This document shows, one piece after another, positions 46,559 to 56,232 of a stretch of 64,000 nucleotides of DNA. Made by a program: the position numbers and the translations under genes. Within the stretch, counting starts at the first letter, position 1, and each line of letters starts with the position of its first letter. The stretch comes from Polyangiaceae bacterium (GTDB lineage: Bacteria; Myxococcota_A; Polyangia; Polyangiales; Polyangiaceae), in NCBI GenBank assembly GCA_016929495.1, contig JAFGIS010000266.1, forward strand, positions 17,260 through 81,259, read 5' to 3'. The notes under the pieces were generated by a model that was not told where the DNA came from, searched no databases, and saw only the letters and a list, made by a program, of their open reading frames with translations.

Positions 46559-46797
46559 AAGTGGCGGCGCGCAGCATAGCGCCCCCGCGGGTGTGCGCCA
46601 AGCCTTCGAAACTCATCCAACTGGGACGACCTGCATGGCCGCTGCGGGGGCTCACTTGTGCCCCATCGTTCACGCAGGCGTCGGGAATTGGCCAGATGAC
46701 CGAATCCACACAGTGGGCCTGGTCAGAGGACCGTAACCCGCCTCGAGCGAGCAGCCCACCCTCCCGGTGAACCGCGCTGATCTCGACCGTCGGTTCG

Positions 46798-47262
46798 TCA
46801 GGGCTCCGACGGCCTCTGCCGAGCGCCTTCGATGGCACTCACCAAGCGGTCTGCCGTGTACGGCTTGCCCACGTACCCGCGGACGTTGGGCTCCCGCCGC
46901 AAGGCCAGCGGGAGGTCATCCTCGCCGTACCCACTGGAGAGAATGACGGGCACGCTGGGATACTCCTGCAGCGCGCGAATGATGCTGGCTGTGTCTTCTC
47001 CAGCGAGGTTCACGTCGAGCACGACAGCGTCGAACACGCGCCCATTGCGAATCAGCTCGAGCAACTCCGAACCGCTCGACGCAGGTACGGCGTCGTAGCC
47101 GTGCTGCTCGAGCAGCCCAGCCATGAGTGTCGCGAGCCTGCGTTCGTCGTCGCAGATCACGACACGCGCGCGCTCGCGCGTTGCCTTGCCGCCGTCGAGC
47201 GCCGACCGAGGATCCTCGGCGCTGCAGCTGCGTTCACCCTCACGGAGCGGAAGATCCGCCAC
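46798..47262 (-). CDS. Single-domain CheY-like response regulator
   Basis: The receiver motifs are present: an acidic pocket (VVICDDE), the phospho-acceptor Asp (AVVLDVNLAGED), a Ser/Thr (VILSSG) and the conserved Lys (YVGKPY). There is no output domain. Confidence 0.8.
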   Translation of the reverse strand: MADLPLREGERSCSAEDPRSALDGGKATRERARVVICDDERRLATLMAGLLEQHGYDAVPASSGSELLELIRNGRVFDAVVLDVNLAGEDTASIIRALQEYPSVPVILSSGYGEDDLPLALRREPNVRGYVGKPYTADRLVSAIEGARQRPSEP

Positions 47263-47380
47263 AGCCCCCCAAGCCTAGCCAAACCCGAAGGAGTGTGCGA
47301 CCAGGTAGTTGAGGCGCCGGCGTCGGCCGCGGAGTCTGTGTGACCAACCCAGCGGCTGACCAAGCGGAGGTGCGGGCTGT

Positions 47381-48124
47381 TCATTCCCTGTGCGAGCGCA
47401 CCCACCATACTCGCACGAACAACGCCGCAGAGCCTAGCAGCAGCAGGCCCGCTAGCCAACCTGTGCTCGTCTCACGTCCAGACACCGCCGAGTAGGCACA
47501 GCTGCCTAGCCGGAGCAGAAGAGCGGCGGCGAGAAAGGTCGCCGCGGGCGCATAGCCACGGGCCCGCCGCAAGCGCTCGGTCGCGGGCGAGACACGACGC
47601 TCGTGCCCTGGCTGCGTCGCTACCCCCGGCGCCTTTTGGGAGGGAGCGACTGCCGCCGACGCAGTCGCGGTCCGCCGGTCCACAGCGACCTCCCAATGCT
47701 GCCGCGCTGCGGAGGCCGATGTGGGCGGCGACGACACTCGGGAGTGGGAGTTCTCTGGCTCGGCGTTCCGAGCTGGCTCCGCTTCTGCAGGACCCGGTGC
47801 GGGGTCGGGCGGCAGGTCCAGCTCCAACTCGAGAGACGACTGAGCTGCCTCGTCGGGATCGATCAGCCCCATCGAAGGAGTCTGCTGCGCATCCAGGTCC
47901 AAGCTGCCCAAACCGGACGCACGGTTGGCATCAGATCGGCCGCTCGGAGCTGAGCCCGCGTCACTGCCACCGCGATGGGCGGACGACCGCGATCTCGGCG
48001 GCTCAACGATCAGATCCGGGATGTCCCATTGCGGCGCCGGCATCTGGCCTTGTTTGGCCCCTGCCTTGCCCTTGCCTCCAGAGTCCTGCTTTGACATCCC
48101 GCCCAGGTCCTTTCGGTTGAGCAT
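47381..48124 (-). CDS. Hypothetical Pro/Ser/Ala-rich protein with two C-terminal transmembrane helices
   Basis: This is the only long ORF in the gap. It has a disordered N-terminal two-thirds and a hydrophobic C-terminus (YAPAATFLAAALLLRLGSCAY...WLAGLLLLGSAALFVRVWWV). I recognise no family. Confidence 0.45.
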   Translation of the reverse strand: MLNRKDLGGMSKQDSGGKGKAGAKQGQMPAPQWDIPDLIVEPPRSRSSAHRGGSDAGSAPSGRSDANRASGLGSLDLDAQQTPSMGLIDPDEAAQSSLELELDLPPDPAPGPAEAEPARNAEPENSHSRVSSPPTSASAARQHWEVAVDRRTATASAAVAPSQKAPGVATQPGHERRVSPATERLRRARGYAPAATFLAAALLLRLGSCAYSAVSGRETSTGWLAGLLLLGSAALFVRVWWVRSHRE

Positions 48125-48239
48125 ACCAGGCTCCCGGACCGCGCGACACTCGCCTCGCCGCGAGCCCGTCGAGGCGCCCGTCGGCTTGCTGGCCCAACAG
48201 CCGCCCGAATGACTGTACGGCAGAGCCGATTATGGCGGG

Positions 48240-49418
48240 ATGCGCAAACGCCGTTGGTTCGGTGTGATCGTGCGGATCGCTCAGGTGGTTGCCACGCTCG
48301 CGGCTTCGGTCGCGTGCAGTGATCCGGTCGTCTACCGTACCCTCCCGCAGGATTCGGGGACCGAGGCTCAGGTCTTGGCCGACGTCGACAACGACGACGC
48401 TGCGCTCGATCCGGACGCCGGCTGCGCGTGGTCTATCGCTCCAACGGAAGTGATCCCCTCGCACGTCTTGTTCCTCGTGGACCGCAGCGGAAGCATGAAC
48501 TGCAACCTGCCCGAGGATGGCCAGACCAGTTCCGAATGCGCCCAGTTCCCGGTACGCAAGACGGATGCCGCACCGACCAAGGGAGAACTCGTAGAGGAGG
48601 CCCTCAGCGAAGCCTTCTTCACGCTTGCGGAGAGTGGAAGTGCCTCCGCCGGGCTCTCTCTCTTTCCTGCCGCCGGGACCCAGTGCGATCCACCCGATGC
48701 ACCGGACGTCCCCCTCGACGTTGTCGATGAACCGCACAGGGAGGACTTGGAGGAAGCGATGCGCGCGGTGCGGGCCGACGGCGATACGCCGCTCGCTGGG
48801 GCGGTGATCAAGAGCTACGCCTACCTTCTGAAGCGGCTTCGTGCCGGGGCGTTGCCTGGCAACCCTTTTGTGGTGGTCATCACGGACGGATCGGAGACCT
48901 GCAAACCGAGCGAGCTCAGAAAGCTGCTCGATACCGATGTTCCCAATGCGTATGCGCTGCTAGCCATCCGTACCTTCGTCATCGGCGCGCCGGGGAGCGA
49001 AGACGGCCGTGCTCTTCTCTCGGAGATGGCGGTGGCCGGAGGCACCGCGGACCCGAGCCGTTGCTCGTTCGGGCCGGACGAGACCGACGGGGACTGCCAC
49101 TTCGACATGACGCGGACCCAACACTTCGCCGATGAGCTGCGCCGCGCGCTGGCGTCCATCAACGTGGACGTTGCCCGGTGCGAACTGTCGGTGCCTGAGG
49201 CGCCCGGCGGACGCCGGCTCGAGTTGGACCGCGTGAACGTGCGCGTGGACGGGGTCAGCTATCCCATGGCGGACGGAGAGTGCGATCCCGACGTTGCCTC
49301 GTGGCACTACTCGAAAGACCGCCTCAGAATCCTACTGTGCGGCGACGCCTGCAGCCGCGCGCTGGAGCCCGCCGCACAAGTCGAGCTCGTATTCGGCTGT
49401 CCCACGCAGCCCCTCTGA
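48240..49418 (+). CDS. von Willebrand factor type A (vWA) domain lipoprotein
   Basis: It has a lipobox-like signal (ATLAASVACSD), a MIDAS DxSxS (FLVDRSGSMN) with a downstream T (GDTPLAGA) and D (VVITDGSET), and a Cys-rich C-terminus. Confidence 0.75.
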   Translation: MRKRRWFGVIVRIAQVVATLAASVACSDPVVYRTLPQDSGTEAQVLADVDNDDAALDPDAGCAWSIAPTEVIPSHVLFLVDRSGSMNCNLPEDGQTSSECAQFPVRKTDAAPTKGELVEEALSEAFFTLAESGSASAGLSLFPAAGTQCDPPDAPDVPLDVVDEPHREDLEEAMRAVRADGDTPLAGAVIKSYAYLLKRLRAGALPGNPFVVVITDGSETCKPSELRKLLDTDVPNAYALLAIRTFVIGAPGSEDGRALLSEMAVAGGTADPSRCSFGPDETDGDCHFDMTRTQHFADELRRALASINVDVARCELSVPEAPGGRRLELDRVNVRVDGVSYPMADGECDPDVASWHYSKDRLRILLCGDACSRALEPAAQVELVFGCPTQPL

Positions 49419-49596
49419 GGCTTTGGGATGCTCCGCGCGCGGGCACCTCTCGGAGGCGACCCCGTCTCAGCGACTCTGCCCGCCGGCAGGTCGACCGGGG
49501 CCCGGTCCGGTTGGGGCAACCGGCCCGGCGGCGCGCCGATCGGGCTGGTGATCCAATGCCTTTCGCGCTAACTGACGCGCCGCACTGCAAGCGTGC

Positions 49597-49672
49597 GGGT
49601 CGATAGCTCAGTCGGCAGAGCTGCGGATTTTTAATCCGTAGGTCCGGGGTTCGAGTCCCCGTCGACCCACCA
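49597..49672 (+). tRNA. tRNA-Lys (anticodon TTT)
   Basis: It was folded by hand as GGGTCGA-TA-GCTC-AGTCGGCA-GAGC-T-GCGGA-TTTTTAA-TCCGT-AGGTC-CGGGG-TTCGAGT-CCCCG-TCGACCC-A-CCA. The CCA is encoded. Confidence 0.9.
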
Positions 49673-49700
49673 GAGGCTCCTCGGGCCGAACGGCCACACT

Positions 49701-50999
49701 CTAGCCGCGACGTCGCAGCTGTTCGACGATGGTGGCCGCCTCCTTCTTGAGAGCCGCCTCCACGTCTTGGGGGATGACCGTGCCGACGGTGAACAGCGCG
49801 AAGCTCACGTATTCGTGGAGCATCTGCTTGAGCGTGTCTTCCGGATCGACTCCCGGCCCGATGCTCAGGGCGTTCGCAGCAACTACGTCTGCCGAAAGAG
49901 TACCGTCTTCGCCGGGCCCGGCGCCACGAAGAAGGATGTCATAGACACCCACGCCAACGGCGAACGAGGCGAGGCTCTCGCGGACGGCCTGCTCCTTGCC
50001 GTGCGCTCGCGCCGTCCGGAAGATGGCCCGCAGCGCAGCGTTGGCCGCCTCGACCACGCCGCGCGGCCCGCCGCCCACTCGGGGCGGACGCATGACCACG
50101 TGCTTGGATTGGATCAGCGCAAAGAGATGCTTCGTGGTCTCGAACGTGCCCAATCCAGTCTTGCGCCCGATCTCCGAGACCGTCGATTGCCCGTCGACCG
50201 CGGCGAGCGTTGCGGCGTACTCACTCGGCGCCGAATCCGAGGAACCTTGGTTGTCCGGTATGTAGTCGGGCGACGGGATCCGCTCCTGGAAATAGCGCAT
50301 CTCGTCGATGCGCCGGACTCCCTCCAGCAACAAGGCAGATGCGCTGATCGTGTGGCGGGACGGCACGACCGCGTCATCGAAACCATCGAGAAAGAAGAAC
50401 GTGCCGTCGCTGACCGCAAAGGTCGCGAAGGTCACTTCCTCCACTTGTCGGCCGATGGCCGTGTACACCTGCTCGCGAGACAGGATGCCGAGCTCCACGG
50501 CGGATTCGCCGTACCTGACGTTGTCGCTCACGCGCTCCAGGATGCGTTGGTGCTGTTCCGGGCTGATGGCTCCGTAGCGGTAGAGAACCCCTCCCAGCCG
50601 CTCGCTCTCGACGTTCGTCGTCGCGCCGACCACATTGCCGCGCTCGAAGTAGAGCGAACGCGAACGAGTACCTTCCATGACGATGAGCTCACCCCGCCAA
50701 CCGGACTGACCCAGTGCCGCGATGACGTCGCAGGTCGCGCCCGGTCCGGTGATCTCCCCGGCCCAGCGCACAACAGGCCCATCCTGCGCGTCGCGACGTC
50801 CGTCCTCCCCGGTGTAGCGCAGGAAGACCACGTGCCTCGGTGCTGGCAGCATGCGATAGATGCCGGCTCGGGCTCGCATCTGCTGACTGGCTTTGGGCCC
50901 GATGGCATGGACTTCGCCTCGGGAATCGATGCGAACAAGGTCGTCCCGCTCGGCACGCATGCTGGTCCAAGATACCAGCCTGGCACCGACTCGCGCCAT
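49701..50999 (-). CDS. DUF4388 (PATAN-like) domain protein
   Basis: The segment WRGELIVMEGTRSRSLYFERGNVVGATTNVESERLGGVLYRYGAISPEQ matches the DUF4388 pattern common in myxobacteria (G.L.....g....i.f..G.iv.A.s......lG..L...g.i...). The rest of the protein is unassigned. Confidence 0.5.
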   Translation of the reverse strand: MARVGARLVSWTSMRAERDDLVRIDSRGEVHAIGPKASQQMRARAGIYRMLPAPRHVVFLRYTGEDGRRDAQDGPVVRWAGEITGPGATCDVIAALGQSGWRGELIVMEGTRSRSLYFERGNVVGATTNVESERLGGVLYRYGAISPEQHQRILERVSDNVRYGESAVELGILSREQVYTAIGRQVEEVTFATFAVSDGTFFFLDGFDDAVVPSRHTISASALLLEGVRRIDEMRYFQERIPSPDYIPDNQGSSDSAPSEYAATLAAVDGQSTVSEIGRKTGLGTFETTKHLFALIQSKHVVMRPPRVGGGPRGVVEAANAALRAIFRTARAHGKEQAVRESLASFAVGVGVYDILLRGAGPGEDGTLSADVVAANALSIGPGVDPEDTLKQMLHEYVSFALFTVGTVIPQDVEAALKKEAATIVEQLRRRG

Positions 51000-51081
51000 T
51001 CTTATCGGCCGGCACCGGCTCGGTCCGGCGCCGCCTGTTCAGCCAGCGTTCGGGCCTGGCCGCGCGCGACCCGCCGCAAAC

Positions 51082-54000
51082 TCAGGCGAGTTCGACGACA
51101 TTGCCGCCAAACAGCCGCTCCAGGCCGGCAAGCAGCATGTCGTCCGGTGTAACCAAGACCGATCCGAGCGTGAGCACCGCCTCGACGCCGTTGCCGAGGT
51201 CAAGCTGCAGCTCGACCGGACACCCCCCCGGCGCCTCGCGCAGCAGCACGCCGAGTTCGGCGAGCTGCTCGCGCTGGACCACCCCGGCGTCCAAGCGAAT
51301 CACCAGGAGCCGGGTGGACTTGAGGATCGCTGCCGCGACGAGCTCGACGCCGTCCACAAGCAGCGTCGGCTCGCGCTCTTCATCCGGATCGTCAGACACC
51401 GGGAAGCTGACCTTGCCCGTGACGACCACCGGGTCACCGCGGGTCAGCAGAGCCGAGTAGGTTTCGAGCTTGTCTCCTCGTAGCTTGGCGCCCACCCGTC
51501 CAACGACGTCCTCTATCTTGAAAAACGCTACCCGACCACCGCCAGCGCGGAACAGCTTCTCGCGATAGTCCTCGACCATCCCGGCCACGCCCACGACACT
51601 CCAGGGCTGTTCGGCCGCCACCTTCAGCGTCGGCGTGACGGCGATACCCCCGAGCCGCGCGCCGTATCTGTAGAGAGGATGTCCCGTCACATAGCACCCG
51701 AGCGCTGCCTTCTCACGCCGCAGCAGCTCGAGCCTGTCCCACTCCTGTACCGCAGGATACTCGTCGGGCGGGGCTACGCGTCCGGCCCCTGGCGAGGCTT
51801 GGTCCAACAAGCCGAACAGCGTGGTCTGGCCCCTCTCGCGGTCTCTGCTAGCGCTGCGCGACCGCTCCAGCGCCCGATCGACGGCTGCGAATGCCCGAGC
51901 CCGACCAATCCCCGCCGCGCCGACGGTGGCGTCGAAGGCTCCGCACTGAACCAGCGCTTCCAGAACGCCGCGATTGAGTCGCTTGCTGTCCACCCGGGAA
52001 GCGAAATCGAATAGATCCCGAAACGCTCCTCCGGCCCGGCGGGCATCAAAGACCGTCTCGAGAGCGCTCTCCCCCACCCCCCGCACTGCCCCCAGACCGA
52101 ACCGGATGCGAGGTCCGAAGCGGTCGCGCAGTCTGCCCGGCCCCCGTCGCGGGCCGTCACCATTGGGCGTGGCATAGACGACGGTGAAGTCCGTTTCGCT
52201 GGCGTTGACGTCCGGAGGCAGCACGCTCACGCCCCACGCGCGCGCCTCGGCAATCGTGCGCACGACCTTCTCGATCTTGTCCTTGTCGGCGGTGAGAATC
52301 GCAGCAAAGAACTCCGTCGGGTAGTGCGCCTTCAGGTACGCGGTCTGGAACGTCACGAGGGCATACGCCGCCGAATGGCTCTTGTTGAATCCGTAGGCTG
52401 CGAAGCCCTCGACCTCCCGAAAGACTGCCACCGCCTGCTCTGCCGACACGCCACGCTCAATCGCTCCACGAACGAATATCTCCTGCTGGCGCGCCATCTC
52501 CTCGGCCTTCTTCTTGCCCATCGCACGCCGCAGTAGATCGGCGCCTCCCAGCGTGAAACCCGCGAGGTGCTGTGCGATCTGCATCACCTGCTCCTGGTAC
52601 ACGGGGACGCCGTACGTTGGCTTCAACACGTCGTCGACGAGGGGATGAAGCTTTCGAATCGGCTTTCGATTGTGTTTGCCACCGACGAAGTCCTCGACCA
52701 TTCCAGTGGACAGCGGACCGGGTCGATACAGGGCTACGGCGGCGATCACGTCCTCGAAGCAGTCCGGCTTGAGGCCTCGCAGTAGCTGTTGCATGCCCGA
52801 GGACTCGAGCTGAAACACGCCGGTTGTTTCACCGCTGGAGATCAGGGCATACGTGTCGGGGTCCTCGAGCGGTACACGCGCCAAGTCCAGCCGCTGATCC
52901 ACCCGGTCCGGCCGTGCGTTGACCAGTCGTTGTGCGATATCGATAACCGTCAGCGTCTTGAGTCCCAGGAAGTCGAACTTGACGAGTCCGGCTGCCTCGA
53001 CGTCGTCCTTGTCGTACTGCGTCACGATGGCGCCATCGCTGGAGAAGCACGGTACGTGGTCGTCCAGAGGCCCCTCCGAGATCACGACGCCCGCGGCGTG
53101 CATGCCAGCGTGTCGGGTCAAACCCTCGAGCTTGCGAGCCTGCTTCAGGAGCTCGGCGACTCGCGGATCCTCGTCGTGAAGCGCTCTCAGCTTGGGTTCC
53201 TCCTGCAGTGCCTCGTCGATGGTGCACATCTTGCCCTGACCTTTTTCGGGCACGAGGCTCGCGATGCGCTGTGCTTCCGGAGCGGATATCCCCATCGCGC
53301 GCGCAACGTCCTTGATCACGCTACGCGCCTTGAGGTTCTGATAGGTCGCGATCTGACCCACGCTGCGCTTGCCGTACTTCTGTGAAACGTACTCGAACAC
53401 CCTATCGCGCTGGACCATGCAGAAGTCGACATCGAAGTCCGGCATGCTCACGCGTTCGGGGTTGAGGAATCGCTCGAACAGCAGATGGTACGGCAGCGGA
53501 TCGATCTCGGTGATGCCGAGCGCATACGCCACGAGCGACCCAGCACCGGAGCCCCTTCCCGGCCCGACCGGGATACCATGGGACTTCGCGTGGCGTATGA
53601 AATCCCATACAATCAGGAAGTAGCCAGGGAAATCCATCCGAACAATGACCTCGAGCTCGTTCTCGAGGCGAGCCCGATACGCCTGCTCGTCCACCTCCTT
53701 GGACAGGCTTCGCGACTGCTCGAGTCGCCGTTCGAGCCCCTCGCGCGCCACGTGGCGGAAGTAGGTCGCCACGTCATATCCATCGGGCACCTGAAACCGC
53801 GGCAGCATGGGCCGGTACAGAGTGAGCTCCAATCCGGAGCAGACTTCCGCGACGCGCAGCGTGTTGCGCAGGGCCTCGGGATGACCGCGAAACAACGCTG
53901 CCATCTCCTGAGGGCTCTTCAGGTACATCTCGAAGCTGCCGTGGTGACTCGATTGGACTTCGGCATAGGTGCGTCCGAGCCGCACGCACTCCAGATAGAG

Positions 54001-54639
54001 CTGCGCTTCGCCGTCCTCGCGATCCATGAAGTGCACGTCGTTCGTCGCCACGACGGGCAACGCGAAGCGGCGGGCCATCTGCGTCAATAGGTCGTTCACT
54101 ACGCGCTGTTCCGGCAGGCCGTGGTCCTGAAGCTCGACGAAAAGGCGCTCGGGGCCAAAGGCGTCGCGCAGTTTGCCCAGGACGTCGGAGGCGCTGTCGA
54201 CGCCGTATTCGAGCACTTGCTGGGGGACAACGCCGCCCAAGCATCCGGTGAGACCGACGAGGCCCTCGGCGTGTTCGGTCAGAGTATCGAAGGCGATGCT
54301 CGGCGCTTGATCGCTTGCAGGTTGCAGGTAGCCGAGCGACACCAGGCGAATCAAGTTGCGGTAGCCGCAACCGTCTGCAGCGAGCAGCACCATGTGGTCG
54401 ACGACGCCGTTCCCCGACGGACGCGCCACGTTGACTTCGCAGCCGAGAATCGGCTGGACGCCGGCTGCTTTCGAGGCGGCATAGTGACGAACTGCGCCGA
54501 ACATGTTGGCGTGGTCGGTCACGGCCACGGCGCGCATGCCGAGCTCGTGCACACGTCCCGGAAGGCTCTTGAGCTTCACTGCGCTCGTTAGGAACGAGAA
54601 CTGCGTGTGGACGTGCAGATGTACGAAGTCATGGTCCAT
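51082..54639 (-). CDS. dnaE: DNA polymerase III alpha subunit (replicative)
   Basis: It has the PHP start (MDHDFVHLHVHTQFSFL), Pol III alpha core motifs (PDFDVDFC, GMHAAGVVIS, FDFLGLKTLT, YGVPVYQEQVMQ, GFGYNKSHSAAYA-like GFNKSHSAAYAL) and an OB fold at the C-terminus. The start is taken at the ATG at 54639. Confidence 0.95.
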   Translation of the reverse strand: MDHDFVHLHVHTQFSFLTSAVKLKSLPGRVHELGMRAVAVTDHANMFGAVRHYAASKAAGVQPILGCEVNVARPSGNGVVDHMVLLAADGCGYRNLIRLVSLGYLQPASDQAPSIAFDTLTEHAEGLVGLTGCLGGVVPQQVLEYGVDSASDVLGKLRDAFGPERLFVELQDHGLPEQRVVNDLLTQMARRFALPVVATNDVHFMDREDGEAQLYLECVRLGRTYAEVQSSHHGSFEMYLKSPQEMAALFRGHPEALRNTLRVAEVCSGLELTLYRPMLPRFQVPDGYDVATYFRHVAREGLERRLEQSRSLSKEVDEQAYRARLENELEVIVRMDFPGYFLIVWDFIRHAKSHGIPVGPGRGSGAGSLVAYALGITEIDPLPYHLLFERFLNPERVSMPDFDVDFCMVQRDRVFEYVSQKYGKRSVGQIATYQNLKARSVIKDVARAMGISAPEAQRIASLVPEKGQGKMCTIDEALQEEPKLRALHDEDPRVAELLKQARKLEGLTRHAGMHAAGVVISEGPLDDHVPCFSSDGAIVTQYDKDDVEAAGLVKFDFLGLKTLTVIDIAQRLVNARPDRVDQRLDLARVPLEDPDTYALISSGETTGVFQLESSGMQQLLRGLKPDCFEDVIAAVALYRPGPLSTGMVEDFVGGKHNRKPIRKLHPLVDDVLKPTYGVPVYQEQVMQIAQHLAGFTLGGADLLRRAMGKKKAEEMARQQEIFVRGAIERGVSAEQAVAVFREVEGFAAYGFNKSHSAAYALVTFQTAYLKAHYPTEFFAAILTADKDKIEKVVRTIAEARAWGVSVLPPDVNASETDFTVVYATPNGDGPRRGPGRLRDRFGPRIRFGLGAVRGVGESALETVFDARRAGGAFRDLFDFASRVDSKRLNRGVLEALVQCGAFDATVGAAGIGRARAFAAVDRALERSRSASRDRERGQTTLFGLLDQASPGAGRVAPPDEYPAVQEWDRLELLRREKAALGCYVTGHPLYRYGARLGGIAVTPTLKVAAEQPWSVVGVAGMVEDYREKLFRAGGGRVAFFKIEDVVGRVGAKLRGDKLETYSALLTRGDPVVVTGKVSFPVSDDPDEEREPTLLVDGVELVAAAILKSTRLLVIRLDAGVVQREQLAELGVLLREAPGGCPVELQLDLGNGVEAVLTLGSVLVTPDDMLLAGLERLFGGNVVELA

Positions 54640-54763
54640 GAGCGCGGCTCGCGTAGCATGCTTGCAATTCGTTTCCCTTGAAATGCCGGGTCCCCCCCAG
54701 CTGGGTGCGGGCAGCGACAGACCCGGCATCTCGGACCGGTCTGAACCGGTACTCCTTGTCGTC

Positions 54764-54903
54764 TGGGCGACGTTTCGATCGAAACGTCGCCCAAGAACAA
54801 GGGGTGCCGCCGGTCAGATCGCCGGGAAGCAGCGTTTTTTCGCCGCCCTCGCCCAGTCGGGGGCGGCGAAAAACCCATCGCTTCGATCGAAACGCGGCAC
54901 TAG
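54764..54903 (+). repeat. Palindromic intergenic repeat, copy D (full length)
   Basis: The sequence is TGGGCGACGTTTCGATCGAAACGTCGCCCAAGAACAAGGGGTGCCGCCGGTCAGATCGCCGGGAAGCAGCG-TTTTTCGCCGCCC..GGGCGGCGAAAAA-CCCATCGCTTCGATCGAAACGCGGCACTAG. It lies in the divergent dnaE / ompA-like intergenic region. Confidence 0.8.
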
Positions 54904-55138
54904 CCTTCTCGGTCGGTGACGCACAGAGCCGAAACGGCTGGCCGCCCTGTCGTGACCTCAAAGAAGCCCAGCGGCCAATGAACAACGCCACGCAGCGGCG
55001 CGTCCATGCCAGAGGCGACAAGTGCCCGTTGCCGACCAGGACTTGCGCGCGCCTGGGCGGTGTAGTCTTCTGACTCCGACGTCTCACGGAGCGGCGGCGG
55101 CAGAAGCTTCCGTCCTGTTTGCCAGGAGGATCCAAGTG

Positions 55139-55855
55139 ATGGTTCGAAAGTCAGCTGTTAGGTTTTGTCTACTGGGACTGGCCATCGGCATGCCCGTGCT
55201 CTCAAGCTGCCACGCGTCGATGCAGGCCGGAGCCTCTAGCTCCGCCAGTGACGCGCCTCCGCCTCCTCCCCCGCCTCCTCCCCCGCCCCCTCAGCCGACG
55301 CCAGCGGCGCCGGAGGCCGCGGCTTCCACCCCGGCGTCAACGACCGCCCAGACAACTCCTGCGCCCTCGGCCACTACATCGGCCGAGCCCGCTCAGCCAG
55401 CCGCCGCGCAGTCACAGAGCGCAGGCACGGTCGAGGTCAAGGACGGCACGATCAGGATCCCAGGGAACATCGTGTTTGAAACGGGCAAGGCCACGCTGCA
55501 ACCCGGTGCCGGCAGCGAGGCCGTTCTCGAGCAACTCAAGGCGTACCTCGACAAGACCCCCAAGGTCACGAAGCTCCGCATCGAGGGACACACCGACAAC
55601 GTGGGGCAGCCGGATGCCAACATGGAGCTGTCCGGTCAGCGCGCGCTCACGGTGAAGCGCTGGCTCGTCGACCACGGTATCGCCAAGGATCGGCTCATCG
55701 CGACGGGCTTCGGAATGACCAAACCCATCGCCGACAACTCCACGGAAGAAGGGCGCGCTCAGAACCGTCGCACCGAGTTCAAGATCGCGGAGCTGTTCAA
55801 CAAGCGCTATCTCAACCGCCCGCCGGACGGCGGTGGCAAGGTCTTCGACTACTGA
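55139..55855 (+). CDS. OmpA-family peptidoglycan-associated lipoprotein with poly-Pro linker
   Basis: AGGAGGA lies 8 nt upstream of the ATG at 55139. It has a lipobox (PVLSSC), a run of 13 Pro and an Ala/Thr/Pro-rich linker. The C-terminal OmpA-like domain is present (IEGHTDNVGQPDANMELSGQRALTVKRWLV...NRRTEF). Confidence 0.85.
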   Translation: MVRKSAVRFCLLGLAIGMPVLSSCHASMQAGASSSASDAPPPPPPPPPPPPQPTPAAPEAAASTPASTTAQTTPAPSATTSAEPAQPAAAQSQSAGTVEVKDGTIRIPGNIVFETGKATLQPGAGSEAVLEQLKAYLDKTPKVTKLRIEGHTDNVGQPDANMELSGQRALTVKRWLVDHGIAKDRLIATGFGMTKPIADNSTEEGRAQNRRTEFKIAELFNKRYLNRPPDGGGKVFDY

Positions 55856-56007
55856 AGACGTTCCACCTCGGGTCCTTGGGGTTCACGAGCGGCATGGAAT
55901 TTCCCAGGGGTTCGTGCATAGCCCCGTCCCGTGCACGAGTCCGGCCGCCTCCGACCTCGTTCGCACCAGGTGTCGCTCGCTCGCGGCGGGTGCTATGACC
56001 CAGTCCG

Positions 56008-56220
56008 ATGTGGCTGCTGCCGTTGGCCTGGCTACTGCTGGTTCTGTCATGCTCGCGAGGCGAAGATGCTCCGAGAATGTGGCAGCCCTCCGACCACGAC
56101 CACGCGAGCGAACCGGTCTCGGCTGTCACCGATAGCCCTTCGCCGCGCGGCCCCGAAGGCGAAGATAGAGACGCCTCCGCGCCCGCAGAGGATGCAGCAA
56201 GCAGCGACGCCATTAACTAG
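56008..56220 (+). CDS. Possible small acidic lipoprotein (70 aa)
   Basis: It has a signal peptide plus lipobox (MWLLPLAWLLLVLSCS) followed by an acidic Pro/Ser-rich tail. There is no other support, and overlapping alternative ORFs exist. Confidence 0.25.
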   Translation: MWLLPLAWLLLVLSCSRGEDAPRMWQPSDHDHASEPVSAVTDSPSPRGPEGEDRDASAPAEDAASSDAIN

Positions 56221-56232
56221 GCCGGCTGGCCC

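Noticed and set aside
46137-46838. 233-aa minus-strand ORF covering the tRNA-Gly gene
   Set aside because: It reads straight through a well-folding tRNA and the terminator-like hairpin, so it cannot be a real CDS.
55258-55296. Poly-proline-coding direct repeat (CGCCTCCTCCCCC x2) in the OmpA-like gene, considered as a possible phase-variation tract
   Set aside because: It encodes an in-frame Pro linker typical of OmpA/Pal-like proteins. The repeat unit is not a homopolymer or a multiple that would shift the frame. There is no evidence of variability from a single sequence.
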